From IMG/VR virus record IMGVR_UViG_3300028591_000105: 64,000 nt of DNA. One strand, given 5' to 3'. The translations under genes were made by a program, and so were the position numbers. This document shows positions 56,788 through 64,000 of this stretch, piece by piece. The notes under the pieces were generated by a model that saw only the letters and a list, made by a program, of their open reading frames with translations, ran no database searches and was not told where the DNA came from. Each line of letters starts with the position of its first letter. Positions within the stretch are counted from its first letter, which is position 1. The stretch is from an uncultured virus (IMG/VR IMGVR_UViG_3300028591_000105) (taxonomy: Duplodnaviria > Heunggongvirae > Uroviricota > Caudoviricetes).

Positions 56788-59669
56788 TTGCAAGTTAAGC
56801 AAAGAACAACAAAAAATATTACAAGTAATTTTTTAATGGAATTACTTAAAGACAGAGGAATATTACCATAGTCAGAAGGAGACAAATAGAAATTCCTTCA
56901 TCCATTACATAGTAATGAACATTCTCCAGAGTTATTAGACCATATGGAAGAAGCATGGAATATGCTGAAAAAACATCTCATGCGCGGGAGCAAGATATAT
57001 CTTGTAGTTGACCCAGACGTTGATGGATACACTAGTTCCAGTCTGGTTTATCTCTATCTAACGGATGTACTTGCAAAACAAGGATATGAATTTAAAATAG
57101 AATATCATATACCAGAAGGCAAAGAACATGGATTATAGACTCTAATGCCTATTCTTACAGCAGATAAAATTGCAGACCTTATTATATGTCCTGATAGCAG
57201 TTCTAACGATTATGAAGAACATTAGATTCTATCTGAAATGGGATATGATATACTAGTACTGGATTAATTGAAGAATGATGGTTCAGTTTAAATCTCTCTA
57301 ATTGACGGGGACTCCCTTAGGGCTTTAACTACTAAACGATAATAGCAATATTATTGTGGCAATGCGGAAAGGCAAAGGTATAGTAAAAAAGTTAAAGATT
57401 GGGTAATCCGCAGCGAAGAATCTTCCATATTTTACAAGGAAGAATCACGTTCAGAGACTATATGGGAGACAGTGGAAGCACTGAAGAGATAGTCCAATCT
57501 CTTCATATAATTTAAACATGGAGGATTGATACAATGGATAAAATTAACGCAAGAAAAATTGAGGAAATGTATTCATTAAGACGACCAATAAAATGGATCC
57601 AACAAGAAACGGGAATGTCTAAAAGTACTATTGAAAAATATTTAAAAGACAATAATTTATGGACTGGACATAAATATATGCTAAAATATTTTGATGAATT
57701 TTTCTTTGACAGTATTGACACCGAAGAAAAAGCATATTGGTTAGGATTTATATATGCAGACGGATATTTAGCAAAGCCTTCAACTATAGGTATAGAATTA
57801 AAAGCAACAGATAAGGAACATTTAGAAAAATATCGGAAATCTCTTAAAGCAGAACATGAAGTTAAAGTATATCATAAAAATAGTACTTTTGGTCCACAAG
57901 ATAACTGTAGAATTGCTTTTGCTTCTAAACATATGTTTAATATATTACTAAATTATTTCGGTTCTCATAAAAAAACCTTTGAGGGGCATTTCCCAATAAT
58001 TGAAGATGAAAAATTAATTCCTCATTTAATTAGAGGCTTCTTTGATGGAGATGGTAGTTTATCTGGTTTACCACAAGAAGAAGAACATCTTTTTAGACCA
58101 TCTCTAAGTTTTATAGGTACAAAAGAGACATTAAAATATATTGAAAAAATCAGTGGTTTTGATTGGTCTTGGTCCCAAAGACATCCTGAAAAAAATACCA
58201 ACAATTATTAGATTAATTGTGGTCGCGTTAATGATTGTATTACTTTTTTAAATTATATGTATAAAGACGCAACTATTTTCTTAGATAGAAAATATGAAAG
58301 ATATTTATTTTTATTAGAAAATAGGCAACGTCTTTCAGCGAAAGCAAGAGTATAAAAGCACCATGAAGCAGAAAGATATAGTGACCATGCTGTTGTAATT
58401 AATAATCAGTTATCTAAGAATTATCCTAATAAAGCACTTAGTGGTGTTGGAGTTGTATATAAATTCTTAGAACATATTGATTATGAAACTCAAAAAGAAA
58501 ATCTTAAAGAAGAAGAAGGATTTATAGAACCTTACTCATATAACTATTTAGACTTAGTTGCTCTCGGAGAGATAAGCGACGTCATGGATATGACAACTCT
58601 AGAGAACCGTTGGATAGTTAGTGCCGGCCTAAGTAATATTAACAATAAATTTTTCCAGACCTTAATAGATAAATAGTCATTCTTTTTAAAACTTGATGAA
58701 AAGCCGCTTGACCAAATAGGAGTTGCTTTTTATATAACACCATTAATCAACGCGCTTATACGAGTAGGTTCACCTTTAGAAAAAGAACGTTTATTCTAGG
58801 CATTTATTACACCAAATGTAAAAGTTCCTTCTACAAAGCGCGGCGAAAAAGGAATGGAAGAAACTATTGCAACACAAGCCGCAAGAAATTGTGTTAATGC
58901 TAAAAATCGCTAGACAAGAGAGCGCGATAAAGCGGCGGAATTATTGGATATACAAATTCTTAATAATGATTTAGACTCAAATAAAATACTTATACTCGAT
59001 GCCGGCGACCTGGATGTTTCTAATAATCTGACAGGATTGTGCGCAATGGGTGTGGCGGCGAAGTATAAGAAACCAGTATTACTAGGAAGAGTAACACCAG
59101 ATGGGAAAGAAATGAAGGGGTCTATTCGGAACAAAGATGGCTCTCCACTTAAAGACTTAAAATAGTTCCTAACAGATTCAGGGCTAATGTCATACGTCGA
59201 GGGGCACGCTAATGCAGCCGGTTGGGGTTGTCCTGTATCAAATATAAGCAAACTAATTGAATATGCAAATCGAGAACTCGCAGATGTAGATTTTAATGAA
59301 GGCTCATATGATGTTGATTTTATTTGCAACTCAAAAGATAGCTATATTAATGATTTGATATTTGATTTAGATAAAGGTACCCAATTCTGGGGTTAGTCCA
59401 ATCCAGAACCTATTATTGCAATTCCTAATATTTCTTTGCCGGCCGCTGCAATAAGTATAATTGGAAATAATAAAGATACAATAAGATTTGAGCTTAATGG
59501 AATAACTTATGTTAAGTTTAAATGTAAAGACCTAATAGAATCATTACCTTCTAAAGGTGAAGTTTATATTAGTATTGTAGGAAGAGGAAACATTAATAGA
59601 TGGGCCGGCAAAGAAAAACCACAAATATTAATTGATGATATTGAAATAAAAAGTTTGGAGGGATTCTGA
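56788..59669 (+). CDS. recJ: RecJ-like DHH exonuclease, spliced (exons 56788-57264 and 58359-59669)
   Basis: DPDVDG, HGL, LVLD|HHE across intron, LSGVGV, ALGEISD, GSIR, GHANAAG. Confidence 0.9.
57265..58358 (+). mobile_element. Group I intron in recJ
   Basis: P AAUUGACGGG, Q AAUCCGCAGC, R GUUCAGAGACUA, S AAGAGAUAGUCC; 5' exon ends U; intron ends G. Confidence 0.92.
57534..58355 (+). CDS. Intron-encoded double-motif LAGLIDADG homing endonuclease
   Basis: AYWLGFIYADG and IRGFFDGDG; reads through TAG at 58209 to LDRKY. Confidence 0.88.
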
Positions 59670-60157
59670 TGAAAGTTGTACCAAGATATTAGTCAGATGA
59701 TGGTTTAAGAGAATTTGATACATAGGAAGAATGTTATGAATATGAATTAAATTGTAATGTAGAACAAGATGAAGAAGCAATATTAAATAATCTAATTTTT
59801 TTCAAAGGAGAAGAACGAGATTGGAATATATTTAGTAAAATTGAAAGTAAATAGCTGATTGGAGCATCTGCTAGTGGCTTAGATTCTTTAATCTTTCACT
59901 TTTTAAATGATTCTTATTTATATATTAGAACTAAAGAAGTATTTGCTTGGGCAAAAAGACAAAAGAATAAAAGTACTATTGCAGAATTAATATATGCTTT
60001 TGGAGAAGAAATTCAGAGCGATACAGAAGCAACAGATGAAATATATTTTAAAATAAATGATGTCTGGAAAAGCGGCACTCAAATTTATAATGAATTGTAG
60101 CAAAGAACAGTAGAATTAAATACACTATATAACAATATGTCATTAAACTTTATTTAA
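59669..60157 (+). CDS. Hypothetical protein
   Basis: TGATG-coupled to recJ; open with TAG=Gln. Confidence 0.6.
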
Positions 60158-60171
60158 AGGAGGAATTTACT

Positions 60172-60357
60172 ATGGGAGAAATTTTAAAGAGAACAGAAGA
60201 GTGGAGAGTTAATGATGAAGCAGAAGCTAAAGCATTAATTGAGCAGGCTAAGAAAAAAGAACTCGATGATGGATATGAATTAGTTTCATACTAGTCAACA
60301 CATAAAGTAAAGAAAGATGATGACTTTTATATAGTAAAACTAGTTAAACAGTGGTAA
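60172..60357 (+). CDS. Hypothetical protein
   Basis: AGGAGG RBS; one TAG=Gln. Confidence 0.6.
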
Positions 60358-60358
60358 T

Positions 60359-60673
60359 ATGAAATATATAATTAAATCTCGTGGTTATGGAAAGACATTT
60401 GACATTGTGCGATTAGCTTTATCAAATAATGGAATTATAATTGTTTCTAATTGGGGTGCTAAATATTATATCAAATGTCATTTCTATAAAAGATACAAAA
60501 TTTCATTTAATGAGATAGATGTTCTTACAGTAGAAGAATATTTAAAAAATTATTTTCAAGAAGAATATAAAAATCGTCCTATATATGTTGATGAAGCAGA
60601 TAAATGTTTTACAATTTTATTTGAAAACCTATTTAAGGCAGAATTAAACACAATTGCATTAACACTTAGCTAA
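60359..60673 (+). CDS. Small P-loop-like protein
   Basis: RGYGKT and IYVDE motifs in 104 aa. Confidence 0.6.
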   Translation: MKYIIKSRGYGKTFDIVRLALSNNGIIIVSNWGAKYYIKCHFYKRYKISFNEIDVLTVEEYLKNYFQEEYKNRPIYVDEADKCFTILFENLFKAELNTIALTLS

Positions 60674-60770
60674 AGTCAAGAGAAATCTTGACTTTTTCTT
60701 TGTTTTATGATATAATAATTATAGTAAAAGAAATTTTTACTATAATTAATTAATTATAAGGAGGGATTTT

Positions 60771-63700
60771 ATGGACTTATCTAAGATTGCCAAGATGGAT
60801 GACCACGCCCATTCCGAATACAGCAACGAGCGTTTAATCGACAGTATTAACTACATACCGGACATGATGAAGGTAGCCTATTCACTTGGTTATGCAGGTA
60901 TTACACTGACAGACCATGAAACACTTAGCGGCCATGTAGAGTGGCTATAGACTGAAAAGAAGTTAAAAGAAAAAGGAGAAATACCTCAAGACTTTAAATG
61001 CGGTCTTGGTAATGAGATTTATCTTGTAGATGATAGACATAATATAGAACGTTATTGGCATTATATTCTAATTGCCAAGAATAACCAAGGACATCGAGCA
61101 TTAAGAGAACTCAGTTCAATTGCTTGGTACAATGGATTTTCAAGTCGCGGTATGATGCGAGTGCCAACTGAGAAGCGAGAGCTTGAAGAGATAGTAGCTA
61201 AGTACCCAAATTCATTGATAGCTACTAATGCCTGCATAGGCGGGTTTATCGGAGGACGCGTACTAGCCCTCGTAAAAGCAGAAGCGGATAACAATGAAGA
61301 AGAAATATATAGGTTAAAGATTGATATTAATGATTTTATTAACTGGAATAAAAAGCTATTCGGCAATGATTTTTATTTTGAAATAGCCGCCGGTCAATCA
61401 AAAGACCAAATAGCTTTTAATAAAAGGGTAAAATCAATTGCAGATTCCTATGGACTAAAAATGATAATAGGTTCAGACGCTCATTATCTTACAGCAGATT
61501 ACCGAGCTGCTCATAAGGGATACCTTAACTCCAAAGAAGGAGATAGGGAAGTAGATGAATTTTATTATGATGCACACTTTATGACGAATGAGGAAGCCTA
61601 TAGTAATTTAAAGCTCGCTAATTATACAGAAGAAGAATTTATTCAAATGTGTAATAACTCAATGGAAATTTATGATAAAATTGAAGGATATAATCTTGAA
61701 CATAAGCCTATTATTCCTGAAGTTGAAGTAATGGATTATCCTAAAGCAAACATAGATTTTCAAAAAACAAAAGACTATCCTACTCTTGCTAAATTATTAA
61801 TTAGTAATAATATTCAAGAAAGATATTGGGTAAATCAATGTTTAGATGAATTAAAAACTCGAGATTTATTTATCCCCAAATACTTAGAAAGACTGGAAAC
61901 AGAAGCTAGAGTAATAGATATCATAGGAGAAAAACTTGAAGATTGTCTCTTTAAATACTTCAATACTTTTCAACATTATATTAACCTCTTTTGGGAATGT
62001 GGTTCAATAGTAGGTCCTGGAAGAGGTAGCTCTGTATGTTTCTTATCTAATTATCTTTTAGGAATAACTTAGCTTGACCCGATAGAATGGGAGCTTCCCT
62101 ATTGGAGATTCTTGAATGAAGAACGTGTTGAGCTACCCGATATTGATATAGACCTAGCTCCATCAAAAAGACCTGAAATATTTAAACGTATTAGAGAAGA
62201 GCGTGGTGAATTAAATGTGCTTCAAGTATGTACTTTTGGCACAGAAGGTACAAGAAGTGCAATTGCTGCTGCCGGCAGAGGTTATCGAAGTGAAAAGTAT
62301 CCAGATGGATTAGAGGTAGAAATAACTCAATATTTATCGAGTTTAGTACCAATGGAACGTGGCTTTCTTTGGTCAATAGATGAAGTTATTAATGGTAATG
62401 TCGAAAAAGATCGTAAACCTGTACAAGCCTTTATAGATGAAGTTTCTAAATATCCTGGTTTATTAGAGCTGATTCAATCTATTGAAGGACTTATTTGCCG
62501 CCGAGGCATTCACGCGAGTGGAGTAATACTTTATAATAATAGTCCTTTTGAAACCAATGCTATCATGCGCAGTCCTGATGGCACTCTCACAACATAGTTC
62601 GATCTTCATCAGTCTGAGTGGGCTGGCGACGTAAAATATGACTATTTAGTTACTGAAATATGTGATAAGCTAACCTCTTGTATTGAGCTGCTCCAGCGCG
62701 AGGGATTAATAGATCCGAATAAAAAACTGAGAGAGGTTTATAATGAATATCTTCATCCGGCAGTATTGAATTTGGACGATAGTAAATTATGGGACGCATT
62801 GGCTGAAGGCTCTGTCCTTGATGTATTCCAGTTCAGTACGGGAGTCGGATTGGCAACGGCAAAGCAAGTTAAACCTCGTAATCCTACTGAATTAACTTCC
62901 GCAAATGCTCTAATGCGTCTTATGGGAGAAAAAGGGAAGGAGCGGCCGCTTGATAGATATTGCCGTATTAAGCAAGATATAAATAGATGGTACGATGAAG
63001 TAAGAGCAATAGGTTTAAGTGAAGAAGAAATAAAAGTTCTTGAACCTTATTATGTACCTAATTACGGAGTGCCGGCTAGCCAAGAAGACCTTATGATGGT
63101 TTGTCTTGACCCAAAACTAGCTCATTTTACACTTAAAGAGGCCAATGCCGCGAGAAAAACCGTGGCTAAAAAACATATGGGCGAAATACCTGCATTACAC
63201 GATAAGTTTGTTAATCAATGTCCAAATACTAGACTTGGTGAGTACGTATGGGAAACTACCATGGGACCTTAGATGGGTTATGCATTTGCTCGACCTCACG
63301 CCCTTGCATACAGCTTCGTAGGTATCCAAACTCTCTATCTTGCCACCAACTTTCCACCCATCTTCTGGAATTGTGCTTGCTTAATAGTAAGCGCCGGCGG
63401 AACAGATTTGCTTAATATGGATTTTGATGATGAAGAGACTGATGAAAAGAAAAAGAATAAAAATGTCGATTATGGTAAAATTAGTAAAGCAATAGGAGAA
63501 TCAAAAGAAAAGGGAATTAAAATTGCTCCACCAAATATAAATCATTCTGACTTAATATTTAAACCAGACCTTTATAATAATCAAATCTTATATGGACTTA
63601 AAGGGATATCTCGTATAGGAACAGATTTAGTTTATGAAATATTTAAACATCGTCCATATACATCTATTTCTGACTTTTGCAAAAAGGTAAAAGTTAATAA

Positions 63701-64000
63701 ACTTCAAGCAACTTATCTTATAAAATCTGGTGCTTTTGACGATTTATACGGCGGTGACAGAGAAAAAGTGATGAAAGAGTACTTATCTTCTGTCGCTGAC
63801 CAGAAAAAGCGCATTACTCTTCAAAATATGAATATGCTTATAGAAAAAGATTTACTTCCTGAAAATTTAGACTTGGAAAAAAGAATATTTAATTTTAACA
63901 AGTATCTCAAAAAATTTAAGAAAGATAAGTACTACATTCTTGATGATGTGTCTTATAATTTCTTTACTAAAAACTTTAATGAAGATTACCTTGAAGATAT
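60771..64000 (+). CDS. dnaE: DNA polymerase III alpha (family C), runs off window end
   Basis: HAHSEYS, LTDHE (PHP); GPGRGS, LGITQLDP, PDIDID, HASGV, KYDYL, QMGYAF; TAG=Gln at conserved Q sites. Confidence 0.95.

Noticed and set aside
30969..64000. Widespread pseudogenisation of nrdD, dnaB, dnaG, dnaE and others
   Set aside because: Breaks are in-frame TAGs at Gln positions with no frameshifts; recoding explains them
1..64000. Suppressor tRNA-Gln(CUA), other tRNAs, rRNA, integrase or capsid/terminase genes
   Set aside because: No cloverleaf/T-loop pattern or such protein motifs recognised by eye; tRNAscan-SE or ARAGORN would be decisive

Overview
AT-rich segment of a large lytic phage genome, probably infecting a Firmicutes host (extended -10 sigmaA-type promoters, CHAP/GH25 endolysin, HPr-like genes). 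It uses a reassigned genetic code, TAG = Gln (code 15 type). The supplied ORF track is fragmented at in-frame TAGs, and reading TAG as Gln restores full-length genes. All CDS coordinates below use that reading and were derived by hand. The window holds a bacterial-type replisome (DnaE, DnaG, DnaB, RecJ, SSB, UvrD, gyrase A/B, ATP ligase) and nucleotide/redox genes (ThyX, NrdD/G/H, TrxB, PhoH). It also holds a lysis cassette, two large paralogous putative virion proteins, and two group I introns with homing endonucleases (in gyrA and recJ). A tail-associated module carries four tandem BspA-type LRR paralogues with fixed framework, hypervariable positions and mosaic shared cassettes. Non-coding signals: a second promoter class (TAGA-N19-ACTT), a strongly over-represented GCCGGC palindrome, and a dispersed ~80-bp element family, one copy in frame inside a gene. 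There are also two same-architecture anti-SD leader RNAs, an iteron-like origin candidate, and a 7-nt stop-containing interruption in a phosphoesterase gene. Family assignments come from motif recognition only; no database searches were run.
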